Below, in pieces: positions 19,931 to 28,846 of a stretch of DNA of 64,000 bases. This stretch comes from a virus. Where the stretch lies: positions 1 to 64,000 of the IMG/VR virus record IMGVR_UViG_3300030521_000002; one strand, written 5' to 3'. A program made the position numbers and the translations under genes. Position 1 is the first letter of the stretch. The number at the start of each line of letters is the position of its first letter. The notes under the pieces are model-generated. The model was not told the DNA's origin and made no database searches. It saw nothing but the letters and a program-made list of their open reading frames with translations.

Positions 19931-20389
19931 ATGACAACGACAAGCGTATTAATCCGGAAGCAAGAAAAGAAGTTTACCGCTGAGTATGTGAATGAGCGTA
20001 AGGAGAATTCCCGTTTAGTTGCAACCGTGCGCTACGACGATAGTTGTGGGAATGGCCACAACTCGTTTGCGATAACTGGTGAATTGCGGAAAGGATCGCA
20101 CGTTTCCGGTGGGTGTATCCATGACGAAATCGCCGAACGCCTACCAGAGCTTGCGCCCTTCATCAAATGGCATCTTTGCTCATCGGATGGCCCAATGCAC
20201 TATGTTGCGAACACGGCCTATCATGTTGAGCAAGGCAAGCTTGATTACGCTCGTTCATCCGCAATTTGGCCGGAAGCTACCGACGAAGAATTGACTGCCC
20301 CCGGCTTGGAAGATCGGCTATTAGCTCGCTTGCCTAAGCTCATGGAAGATTTCCGCCAAGCAGTCGAATCTTTCGGATTTACTTATTAA
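19931..20389 (+). CDS. hypothetical phage protein
   Basis: GGAG RBS; RYDDSCGNGHNSFAITG, GGCIHDEI, KWHL motifs. Confidence 0.7.
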   Translation: MTTTSVLIRKQEKKFTAEYVNERKENSRLVATVRYDDSCGNGHNSFAITGELRKGSHVSGGCIHDEIAERLPELAPFIKWHLCSSDGPMHYVANTAYHVEQGKLDYARSSAIWPEATDEELTAPGLEDRLLARLPKLMEDFRQAVESFGFTY

Positions 20390-20438
20390 CCCCCTTGCAC
20401 CGAGACAATTACAAACCTTAATTTGAAGGAAATCTACC

Positions 20439-20834
20439 ATGATCTTAAATTCCCCAATTGAAATCTCCCCGCGTTTGCTCCCATGCGTGAGGATCGGCAA
20501 TGCCATAATCTCGATTACCTATTCCGACAAGTCTGACAGGGAGGGGCGGACGGTCTACGAGTATTTCATCGATACCCCCGAATGGGAACACACCAACGAC
20601 AATGATCTAAAATCCGGTTGTCAAGGTGGTTCGTTGCAATCCGGCTTGGAAAGCTTGCTAAGCTTCCTTGCCGCTTGTGGTGAATCTTACGGTTATCGGC
20701 AACGAACAGGACATGAGGGGGAGAATGAGTCTCTGTTCCCGCCAAATGTTGCCGAATGGGCTTACCAGAATTCCGACGAATTAGGTATGTTGTCGATCCA
20801 ACTAGAGGAGGAGTCTGACTTAATCCAAGAGTAG
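20439..20834 (+). CDS. hypothetical protein
   Basis: AAGGA RBS. Confidence 0.65.
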   Translation: MILNSPIEISPRLLPCVRIGNAIISITYSDKSDREGRTVYEYFIDTPEWEHTNDNDLKSGCQGGSLQSGLESLLSFLAACGESYGYRQRTGHEGENESLFPPNVAEWAYQNSDELGMLSIQLEEESDLIQE

Positions 20835-20865
20835 ATCACACAACACACGTTAAGAGGGTATTAAC

Positions 20866-21114
20866 ATGCGATACGTAATTATTGCAAAGAGACGGTCGGG
20901 AGACGCAATTCGGCCATGTGAGTATGTAAGTAAATCTGGCTTAATCTCCTACAATGCGAACAATGCCTATCCGTTTAAGACGCTGAAACATGCGCAAACA
21001 GATATGGAATACTTCGCCGATCTCTATCGGGAGTATTCGTTTCATCTCGAACAGATAATGGCTGGCAAGCTTGCGAATGCTATCCTCCGTGGAAAGCTGG
21101 TTGAAAGGGAATGA
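20866..21114 (+). CDS. hypothetical protein
   Basis: GAGG RBS. Confidence 0.55.
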   Translation: MRYVIIAKRRSGDAIRPCEYVSKSGLISYNANNAYPFKTLKHAQTDMEYFADLYREYSFHLEQIMAGKLANAILRGKLVERE

Positions 21115-21374
21115 TCCATACGTTTACCGTTCAATAGCCCAAACCTACCCTAACCTCTAGCGAGCTAAATCATGTTAATTAACCTTTCATTCCCGATTCG
21201 TAGCGAACGTGTGAGACAATTTCAACCGCCCTGGAGGACCGTCTTTATCTACCGTTGCGAGAATGGGCATGAGGTACGTGTTGGCGCAAATTCATATCGC
21301 GGCAAAACGGCAGTACTGGGGGTGGGTGCAATTGTTTGCCCATAATGCGAATTGAAAGATAAGCATAACTCTGC

Positions 21375-21402
21375 TTGACGTTTCCCTTTTCCCTGCTACA
21401 AT
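21375..21402 (+). promoter_or_regulatory. sigma70-like promoter
   Basis: TTGACG-16 bp-TACAAT with extended -10 TG. Confidence 0.6.
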
Positions 21403-21456
21403 CCAATCAGTGTTCAGTGTTTTTTGTTTCTTTCCCTAACGTGAGGAGCTAGTATC

Positions 21457-21894
21457 ATGGTCAAAGCAATCGTTTCCAAGAAGTCTGCCAAGAAGCCTAA
21501 GGGGGGTGCGACTATCAAAACCGTTTCCGATGAAAAGCCTGTTGCCAAGGAAACCGCCCCTAAGAGGGCATCAGGGAGCTTGTCAGAAGGATCGACACGT
21601 TCCCGGTTGTTCCGTTGCTTGCATAAATTCCCTGGACTGAGCGCGAAGGAAATCAAGGAGCGTACCGGGATGTTGCCCAATAGCGGCCACTTGGCAGTAT
21701 TGCTCGGTGAGGAATGCGAAAACGGTCGGTTGCGATATGAAGAGCATCCAGAAACCGGCAGCAACCGTAGCGTGTTCCTCTACTTTCTGACGGCCAAGGG
21801 GAATTCCGATCTTGGCAAGGATCAGCTCGAATCCCGTAAAGCGGGGGGGCGGATCGGTAAGAAATGGTCGAAGGCTCGCCGAGAAGCTACCTAA
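21457..21894 (+). CDS. basic winged-helix DNA-binding protein
   Basis: Lys-rich N-terminus; PGLSAKEIKERTG...YFLTAKG. Confidence 0.6.
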   Translation: MVKAIVSKKSAKKPKGGATIKTVSDEKPVAKETAPKRASGSLSEGSTRSRLFRCLHKFPGLSAKEIKERTGMLPNSGHLAVLLGEECENGRLRYEEHPETGSNRSVFLYFLTAKGNSDLGKDQLESRKAGGRIGKKWSKARREAT

Positions 21895-21919
21895 GCTTTC
21901 ACGATAAGCAGCAACTATC

Positions 21920-22666
21920 CTACAAAGCCTTCCCTAGACTAATTAGGGAAGGCTTTTTTATTTGTCCGTTCCGTTTGGAGTAAGCCCATTCGACTGAAGC
22001 TACCGCCGATCGATAACAGGCTTTGTCAATTTCGCACCCGATAAACTTTCGTCCGGTTTCAACACAAGCTACCCCAGTTGAGCAACCGCCCATGCACGGG
22101 TCGAAAATTAAAGCATCCGGGGGGGTGGTGTTCTCGATGAGATACCTTAGCAGGGCGGTAGGCTTGTGGTTCGGATGAACCTGACTAGGTTGGTACACCC
22201 TTGCATAACTTAGGATATCTCCCTTTCGCTTAGCTAATGGCCTTCCGCTCGCTTTTGCTAAGTACACAATAAATTCGTATTGCGAACCGTAGGAATTGTA
22301 GAGATCTCCACACCCCCAATTTTGCTTATCCCACACCAGAAGATTCTTCACACTGCCATAGACTTTTTTAGCGAGGGGGAGGACTTCTTCGATATTCGTA
22401 GGGGAACAAAAACAGTAGATTGAACCTAGCCCTGACAACTTGGATCGAATCGACGTAAGTATGTCCCCCATAAGCACTAAGCTTTCGTCATTGGCTATTA
22501 CTTCCGGGGTTTCAGAGGCAACTCGATGGTTCGTTTGGTAACTGATACCGTAGGGAGGGTCGGTAATGACTAGATCGACCGAGTGCCGTTCCAATTGGGG
22601 AATGTACTTTCGGCAATCCCCAAAAACGAGGGTACAATCCCCAATTTTCTTAATAATAGGGGGCAT
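21920..22666 (-). CDS. DNA N6-adenine/N4-cytosine methyltransferase (beta class)
   Basis: TDPPY, HPNHKP, DPCMGGCSTG, GCEID. Confidence 0.92.
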   Translation of the reverse strand: MPPIIKKIGDCTLVFGDCRKYIPQLERHSVDLVITDPPYGISYQTNHRVASETPEVIANDESLVLMGDILTSIRSKLSGLGSIYCFCSPTNIEEVLPLAKKVYGSVKNLLVWDKQNWGCGDLYNSYGSQYEFIVYLAKASGRPLAKRKGDILSYARVYQPSQVHPNHKPTALLRYLIENTTPPDALIFDPCMGGCSTGVACVETGRKFIGCEIDKACYRSAVASVEWAYSKRNGQIKKPSLISLGKAL

Positions 22667-23862
22667 TAGCTTTCCTCTTCTTGGGAACTCTTGTGTCTAC
22701 GGTCCCCTCGGTCGATTCCGCCTAATACCGGGAATTCTTCAAGATGCTTAAACTCCCCGTCGAACCGATACCGCAGGGAGACTCCCTTTTCGGTCAGTTC
22801 CTTCTTTGCAACGAATTGCGCCCAAGCCTTGATAATCAGGGCCACCTTCTCGGGGTTGCTACTCGCCTCATTCCGCATCTCCACGAGCTTGGTATGGAGC
22901 AAAAGCAAGTCTTTATGGTTACTAGCTAGCTTCTCCCAAAAGTCACAAGCTTGGTCCCATTGTTCCCAATCAATTACCGATTCGTTGGGGGGTGTCAGTT
23001 CCTTATATTCGTCCTGATTGGAGGTAGCGGCCCCCATGAGGTAAAGCAACCCACAAGCGATACCGGAAGGCATGAGCGTGGTTATCTTCCGGTGCTTACC
23101 CCCATCTTCCTCATAAACGAACTTAGCGGCCTCTAAGATGCGTTCGTGACGCTCGATGAAGTCCAAAGACTCACTATGGGTCCGAAGCCCGCTATAGGGA
23201 TTTAGGAACGCTCCCGTGCGTTGCCAAAGGAACTTCACGGCATACTCAAGAATCTTGCTTACCCGTTCCCGTTGGGCATTATTAAGCCCACCCTCGCGGA
23301 AGTACCCACCACGGTAAATCACATCCGCTAACGATCGAGGTTCCCCGGTGTCGATCGTATTGACTACCTCATCTTGCTCATCGCACCCGAAAGCGATCAA
23401 ACAGGCTAAAGTTGGCTCTGTCTTCCAAAATTTCTTCCACTTCGCTTGGTGTTGTTCCCATTCTTGGACGGCCAAGATCAGGCCGATTAAACGGTGCTGA
23501 CAACTAATGAGCAACCCGGTCTTGCCTACGATCATGGATTCGAGGTTCAACCGCCACTTACCACATAAGACTTCCTGGCGAATAAGGGAAGCGTTCGTGG
23601 GCTTGTAGGGACGGTTCCCCATATTATTTAGGCAACGAACCTTGGTTCCGTAACCGTCTAACAGGGTGAATTCTGCGCCAAACTTACAATCATCGGTTTC
23701 GGGTTCCCATCCTAGCAGTAGCTTAGCTTCATCTGCCGTTAGAAAGGGATCACGTTCACCGTTACAAAGCTTGATCGAAACTTCCGGGTAGATAATCTCC
23801 CTACCATTATTAGCTTTTGGTTTTCTTGTCTGAATAGGTTTCTTTTTTAGTAGTGGGGGCAT
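22666..23862 (-). CDS. ParB/DGQHR-like domain protein, paralogue A
   Basis: NRP...SCQHRL...TIDTGEPRSLAD; full-length similarity to 36675..37970. Confidence 0.55.
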   Translation of the reverse strand: MPPLLKKKPIQTRKPKANNGREIIYPEVSIKLCNGERDPFLTADEAKLLLGWEPETDDCKFGAEFTLLDGYGTKVRCLNNMGNRPYKPTNASLIRQEVLCGKWRLNLESMIVGKTGLLISCQHRLIGLILAVQEWEQHQAKWKKFWKTEPTLACLIAFGCDEQDEVVNTIDTGEPRSLADVIYRGGYFREGGLNNAQRERVSKILEYAVKFLWQRTGAFLNPYSGLRTHSESLDFIERHERILEAAKFVYEEDGGKHRKITTLMPSGIACGLLYLMGAATSNQDEYKELTPPNESVIDWEQWDQACDFWEKLASNHKDLLLLHTKLVEMRNEASSNPEKVALIIKAWAQFVAKKELTEKGVSLRYRFDGEFKHLEEFPVLGGIDRGDRRHKSSQEEES

Positions 23863-23883
23863 GTACTGACTAGCTCCTTTGAG

Positions 23884-26550
23884 TTAAAGAACTTCTCCTT
23901 CTGACCAATTCTTGGGGTGCCATGTCGCACCGCACGTCAACGGAATTCCAATGCAACCACCAACCGATTCCATGATCTCACGAATCTTCTGGATGATAGG
24001 GAAATTACCTTTGTTGGACTTGGCTGGCATCTCGATTACCAGCTCATCATGTATCTGAGCAATTATATGATATCCATCCAATGTCTGCAAGTAACGATGC
24101 ACCTTATCCATCGCTCGCATGATTACCCAGCACGCTGAAGATTGGATATGGTAGTTCAAAGCCTGTGTAGGAGAAACTCGCCCCCAAGCACCTCGATTAA
24201 GTTGGATAGGATAGCCGCGATCAGGGTCTACTTCCTTATCTGGCATTGTTTCAACATGGCCATTCTTATTCGCTAGGTTAATGTACTTTTGATTAAGTTT
24301 GGTGTGCTCCTTCAAACGGTCTTTAACTAATCTCCATGCGCCTTTTTTATGGGCTGCTCGATCGCAAGTTTCTTCCCCACCTGAATAAGAATAGGCGAAG
24401 CCAAAATTCTTGACATGCCCATAGGTGCTTTTATAGGTTTCTCTGAAAGCACCTTTTTGTTCTGCTAGTGGAAAGAATAACTCTGGGTAAATAATACTCG
24501 CGTTCATCAAGTGGTAACTACCAAAAAATGGTGGCTCATCTGGCTTCTCAAAAATTTCAATCATTACCTGCTCACCACTTTCATAGGCCGGCAGGCGAAG
24601 CTCTAAATTATCGTAATCAATGGATACCCACTCTTTATCTGGCGTGGGTCCAAAACAATAACGAAGATTGAAGTTTTCTTTCTTGCTAATGTTCTGCTCG
24701 TTCGGATTCGAGGAAGACCAGCGAAGGGTTGCCGTGCCAACGCAATTCAAGTTAGGATGAAGCTTATACCAACCTACACTACGTGTTTCCAAGTCTTCCT
24801 GTGTATAATTTGACCGATCGTTGACTGACTGGCCAATCCAAATTTTAGAGCCAGTTTCTCTTGGCTTAGTAACCCCGCTGCATAAATTTGACGAATCTCC
24901 CGAACCTGATCTTCTGTTAGTTTCGCCTTGGCTACTGCTTCTCCCCTGGCTGCCAACATTGGGTTGATTACCAGCGGGTGCTCTGCTCCCCGTCTTATTT
25001 TCTCCGGGTGTGTTCTCGATCCGCTCCGATCCCCTCTGGCCAATCTTTCGGGTTTGAATCGGCTCCAGTGCATCTCCCCTCTCGGCAACCTTTCCGGGTA
25101 AAGTCTCGATCCGTTTCTGTCCCCCGTCGCTTGTCTGTTCTTGGCTACCATATCTGCCGAGTTGTCTTTGTTTGTTCCCAATACTAAGTGATCCGGGTTT
25201 ACACAACTTGGGTTGTCGCAGGTGTGCATTACTATTAGGCCCTCGGGAATGGTCCCCTTGAATAGCAGGTAACTCACACGATGGGCCTTGTTTTGACCCA
25301 CCACGTGAAATTGTCCGTACCCGTTCTTGAATTTCCCCGCTATCCAAATCCAGCATGTTTCCGTCTTCTGAACCTTGGCCAGAAACTTGACTAAAACTTT
25401 CTTCATTGTCTGTGGGGTCATTGGCATGACGAACCTCGATATATTTCCAAAACCGTTTGTAACCATCCATATAAGCGCAGGCTGTATCCATCTGCCTTTT
25501 GCTTCTAAGCGAGTTTATGAAAGCAAGCGGCTTACTTCTTGGCTTGAGGGATGTTTGATAATGTTCAATCGTATCTTTATTGAGAGATGGGGCACCATTC
25601 TCAGTCCTGTTGACCACTTCCAATTTTAATACGTCGAATATGAAGGTTGTCAGGGATTTGTTATTTCCAGATTTAGGCAGCTTAAGATCATAATTATAGC
25701 CCTTGGCTAAGTTTATACAAACTCTTTCAGCTATCCCGCTTCTTTCACGGTAATCCTCGAACAACTCATCTACCCTAGACCCACTGACAGTAATTCCACG
25801 TTCTTCCATCGCATAGGCTACCGGTAATACTTTCAACCGCTCTTGGTAAATCTTCCACAATCCACGCCGTTCTAGTTCTTCTTTTTGCACCTTGAACAAA
25901 GCCAATGTCACAGCACTGTCGGCATTGGCATAGATATTACACACGTCATGCCAAGGATGGTCAGCCTCATACCCATCCTCGATTGCGATGCACCGGGCTA
26001 AATAGGAATCGAATTTCCAAACCTTCTCCTTAGCGCTCGGCATCTCGGGCAAACCCTTCTTAGCGATTCGCCAGCCCTTCTTCTCGGCAATCGCCCTAGC
26101 GGCCTTGGTAGCCTTTTCTAAGGCATCCTCATACGGTTGGATATTGATCCCCAGCCATTCCAAGGCTAGGTCAGTTAAGTTATGGGGAGCATTGGAAGCT
26201 AAAAGATGGGCAGCTAAGAGTGTGTCGAGTACCTTCTCCCAAGGCCAAGCAAAATCCAGCTCATTATCAGCATACAAATGGATGAGCATCCCAGCGTCAA
26301 ATTTCGCGTTGTGCAAAATCAGATGATCCGCCCCGTAGATCAAGTCCCTGATTTCCAATAGCTCTGACTTGGGGGCGATAACTGAGCGATCGTGAGGATT
26401 GAGTTGCCATTCCCAAAAGGTATTTAACCCTGCTTCATTGCAAGTCGTTACCAGAAATGGCCGAGCACCGAAGTAAAGATCAAGGCCGCTCGATTCAGTG
26501 TCTACTGACAGAAGTTTTGGGGTAAGCTTCTTGCTTATTGGTTTCGGCAT
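23884..26550 (-). CDS. polA: family A DNA polymerase with a ~215-aa in-frame insertion
   Basis: exonuclease motifs DTE, HNAKFD, YANAD; GTATLRWSSSNPNEQN; motif A IDYDNLELR; motif B KNFGFAYSY; motif C QIHDEL. Confidence 0.92.
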   Translation of the reverse strand: MPKPISKKLTPKLLSVDTESSGLDLYFGARPFLVTTCNEAGLNTFWEWQLNPHDRSVIAPKSELLEIRDLIYGADHLILHNAKFDAGMLIHLYADNELDFAWPWEKVLDTLLAAHLLASNAPHNLTDLALEWLGINIQPYEDALEKATKAARAIAEKKGWRIAKKGLPEMPSAKEKVWKFDSYLARCIAIEDGYEADHPWHDVCNIYANADSAVTLALFKVQKEELERRGLWKIYQERLKVLPVAYAMEERGITVSGSRVDELFEDYRERSGIAERVCINLAKGYNYDLKLPKSGNNKSLTTFIFDVLKLEVVNRTENGAPSLNKDTIEHYQTSLKPRSKPLAFINSLRSKRQMDTACAYMDGYKRFWKYIEVRHANDPTDNEESFSQVSGQGSEDGNMLDLDSGEIQERVRTISRGGSKQGPSCELPAIQGDHSRGPNSNAHLRQPKLCKPGSLSIGNKQRQLGRYGSQEQTSDGGQKRIETLPGKVAERGDALEPIQTRKIGQRGSERIENTPGENKTGSRAPAGNQPNVGSQGRSSSQGETNRRSGSGDSSNLCSGVTKPRETGSKIWIGQSVNDRSNYTQEDLETRSVGWYKLHPNLNCVGTATLRWSSSNPNEQNISKKENFNLRYCFGPTPDKEWVSIDYDNLELRLPAYESGEQVMIEIFEKPDEPPFFGSYHLMNASIIYPELFFPLAEQKGAFRETYKSTYGHVKNFGFAYSYSGGEETCDRAAHKKGAWRLVKDRLKEHTKLNQKYINLANKNGHVETMPDKEVDPDRGYPIQLNRGAWGRVSPTQALNYHIQSSACWVIMRAMDKVHRYLQTLDGYHIIAQIHDELVIEMPAKSNKGNFPIIQKIREIMESVGGCIGIPLTCGATWHPKNWSEGEVL
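24774..25427 (-). mobile_element. HNH homing endonuclease nested in an alternative frame of polA
   Basis: CWIW..GYG..AHRVSY..VMHTCDNPSCVNPDHL..GTNKDN; C-terminal AKLTEDQVREIR HTH; own RBS GAGG at 25434-37 before the ATG at 25427. Confidence 0.88.
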
Positions 26551-26669
26551 TTACCACTTCCACGACAGGGAATACACGTTCTACCACGACTCGATTTGCC
26601 AGTTCCCGAACATGCCACGCAGTCTCCCGAGCGGCGCAATGGCTTGAGCTTCTTGATAGGCTTAGGCAT
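26535..26669 (-). CDS. 44-aa zinc-finger microprotein (not in ORF track)
   Basis: translated by hand: MPKPIKKLKPLRRSGDCVACSGTGKSSRGRTCIPCRGSGKCRNQ*; two CxxCxGxG repeats; overlaps the upstream stop and the polA start. Confidence 0.7.
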   Translation of the reverse strand: MPKPIKKLKPLRRSGDCVACSGTGKSSRGRTCIPCRGSGKCRNQ

Positions 26670-26910
26670 GTCTATTGACGTGGGTAAACCTAACTTGATT
26701 GCCACAGCGACAACAGCTTGGTTGTGATAGCAAGCCCTTAATAACGCCTGTCACTGACGTTGGATCAAAGTTTTTAAGTCTAAGGTCCATAGAAAAGTGG
26801 ATTATTCTCCATCCTCTCCAACCACAACCAACACAGACGCAACCGCACTTGCGAATTAGGTTCGCAAAGATTTTAGCTTCCTTGTCCTTGCGAAGATCAA
26901 CTCTGACCAT
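26662..26910 (-). CDS. small Cys-rich hypothetical protein
   Basis: CVGCGW...CCRCG; AAGGTG RBS. Confidence 0.5.
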   Translation of the reverse strand: MVRVDLRKDKEAKIFANLIRKCGCVCVGCGWRGWRIIHFSMDLRLKNFDPTSVTGVIKGLLSQPSCCRCGNQVRFTHVNRHA

Positions 26911-27278
26911 AAATACACCTTAAATAAAAGACCAGGGTTGACCTATACACCCTGGAAGGTTACGGGGTCTGTTTGCTAACACCGTGTTAATGTTTGGACT
27001 TAGTTAGCTTCCCCAGCACGACTGGTAAGCCGTGTTCTTGTGCGTAAAGGACGAGGCTTGACGGACAGTCTTCCGCGTAGGATCGGGTAGACTGCCCTTG
27101 GCCTAAGCATAACCCGCCACGTACCTAGCTAATCGCGTGATTAGGGGTTGCCTGCCAATCGTCCTACCGAGAGTAGGCAACCAGAGGACACTGACTCGAT
27201 ACCAAATTACCTCCAAGCAATTACACTTGAAAAGGTAATCCCAATGCAACGAAATTAAGTAAACGATTGGAAACATAA

Positions 27279-27507
27279 AAGTTGTGGTGGGACTCGAACC
27301 CACATCTCCATAACTTTCACCCACGATAAGTCTCGCCAACTTCAAGCTTTCGCCCCTGAAAAGACCGTAGGGATGTAATCGCCTTCCATTTAATGGCTCC
27401 AGGTATTACCCAACCGAGTTTGTCTTCTTCGGGAATTTGCCATTAAAGTAGCACCACGAAACTTATCGTGTTTGCAGTCGGGTGTTTTACCATTGAACTA
27501 CACAACT
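27279..27507 (-). ncRNA. tRNA-like RNA with a ~170-nt structured insertion in the anticodon arm
   Basis: acceptor AGTTGTG/CACAACT; D arm TAGTTCAATGGTAAAAC; T arm GTGGG-TTCGAGT-CCCAC; 14-bp and 9-bp internal stems. Confidence 0.6.
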
Positions 27508-27678
27508 TCCAATTCAAAAATGTTGGCTCTTACCCGACCAACTTAGGGGCTTTTGTCTTTCCAAAGTTAGTCCCTCTGTTACCAGTGAGACACAATCACT
27601 AGGAATCGAACCCAGTTCCCGTCTTACCGAAACTCAGCCACCGAGCTGGAGTCGAACCAGCTTTTGCGCCTCAATGCC

Positions 27679-28815
27679 TTATTTCTCATCGCCTTCCAAT
27701 AATCCGAATTTAACTCCCTTATAGATCGTCTTACCATCCTCCAAATTCTTGAGGACGACAGTCTCATTCCCCTCATCGACAGCAGTCACTTCACACTCGA
27801 CTGCCTTCTTAACCCGTTTCTTGTCCTTGCCAAGCGGCTTGAAACGGAAGATATCTTTGACCTTGGGAGTTTCATCTTCCACGGATTCTTCTTCACTGGT
27901 TTCTTCCGTGGACTCCTCCGAGGAAGATTCTTCACTCGATTCTTCTTCCCCGGCTGACTCAGCGCTTGTCACACCATCGAGCAAGGCATTGGCCACGTCT
28001 ATCCACTTATCATAGGACTCAGCATCGAGCCCAGCGGTTTCACACTTCTCGGATAAGTCAGCAATCGCCTTCTTGTCGCCCTTATCCGCTTTGGTCGCCA
28101 AGCCCTTGAGTTCGTCCTCATCCCAAGCTGGTGCTGCTGATTCCGCCGGTTCTTCCGCCGCTTGGGAATTGTCTTGAACACCATCGTCGCTATCGTCGGT
28201 TTCGATCTCGCAACGACCCCGCCAATCATGGTTAACACGGGATTCCTTACCGAGATACGGGTGCTTTTTATTGGCTTCTCCTTCGGTCTTATAGCTCCCC
28301 AACGTGCGGCTACCTTGCTTGACCACGAACTTGCCATTGCTCTTGTCCATGACTTGGCTATCAAACGCCCAAGTACGGAAGCGAATGCCCGGTTGTTCTT
28401 CTTGTAGTTCGGCAGCAATCCCCTCCAACTCATCAAACTCAATGGCATCTTCACTGCCACGGAGTTTCTTAAGCTCATTGAGCATGGTTGCATAGTGATC
28501 GGCAAACGGAGTCGTTTTACCACCAGCCGTCGTTGTATCACAAAGCGGAATCGGCCCAATGCTGGTACGCAACCCGGCGTATTCCTTGGGGGTAATCACG
28601 ATGGCAGACGCCATGAAATACTGTTCACCTTGATTGGGGCCGCTTTTGTATTCGTCGAACTTGCATAATGCTACGCGAGCTTCACCACCCTCGATACCGG
28701 CTGGCAAATCCCCACCAGCACTCAGCTTGATTGGGTCGTCTTTATGCTCTTCATGCGCTTTGCGCCCTTTCTCTCCCAACTTGGCAGCTAGGCTGCTTTT
28801 CTGCGTCTTGGCCAT
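27679..28815 (-). CDS. putative ssDNA-binding / recombination-associated acidic protein
   Basis: lies after the AAA_24 and exonuclease genes; beta-rich N-terminus, acidic linker. Confidence 0.45.
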   Translation of the reverse strand: MAKTQKSSLAAKLGEKGRKAHEEHKDDPIKLSAGGDLPAGIEGGEARVALCKFDEYKSGPNQGEQYFMASAIVITPKEYAGLRTSIGPIPLCDTTTAGGKTTPFADHYATMLNELKKLRGSEDAIEFDELEGIAAELQEEQPGIRFRTWAFDSQVMDKSNGKFVVKQGSRTLGSYKTEGEANKKHPYLGKESRVNHDWRGRCEIETDDSDDGVQDNSQAAEEPAESAAPAWDEDELKGLATKADKGDKKAIADLSEKCETAGLDAESYDKWIDVANALLDGVTSAESAGEEESSEESSSEESTEETSEEESVEDETPKVKDIFRFKPLGKDKKRVKKAVECEVTAVDEGNETVVLKNLEDGKTIYKGVKFGLLEGDEK

Positions 28816-28846
28816 AACTAAATTCTCCTAAGTGATAAATACAGAA

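Noticed and set aside
24774-25440. intein or group I intron in polA
   Set aside because: no C/S...HN intein ends in the polA frame; the HNH ORF abuts conserved polymerase sequence on both sides, leaving no room for a ribozyme core (not formally excluded without RT-PCR)
27103-27345. 80-aa ORF in the ORF track
   Set aside because: overlaps the tRNA-like T arm, has no RBS and no protein-like features
27279-27507. canonical tRNA-Cys(GCA) or tmRNA
   Set aside because: no 3' strand to close a normal anticodon stem; a D arm is present and Ala identity elements are absent; too short for a typical tmRNA
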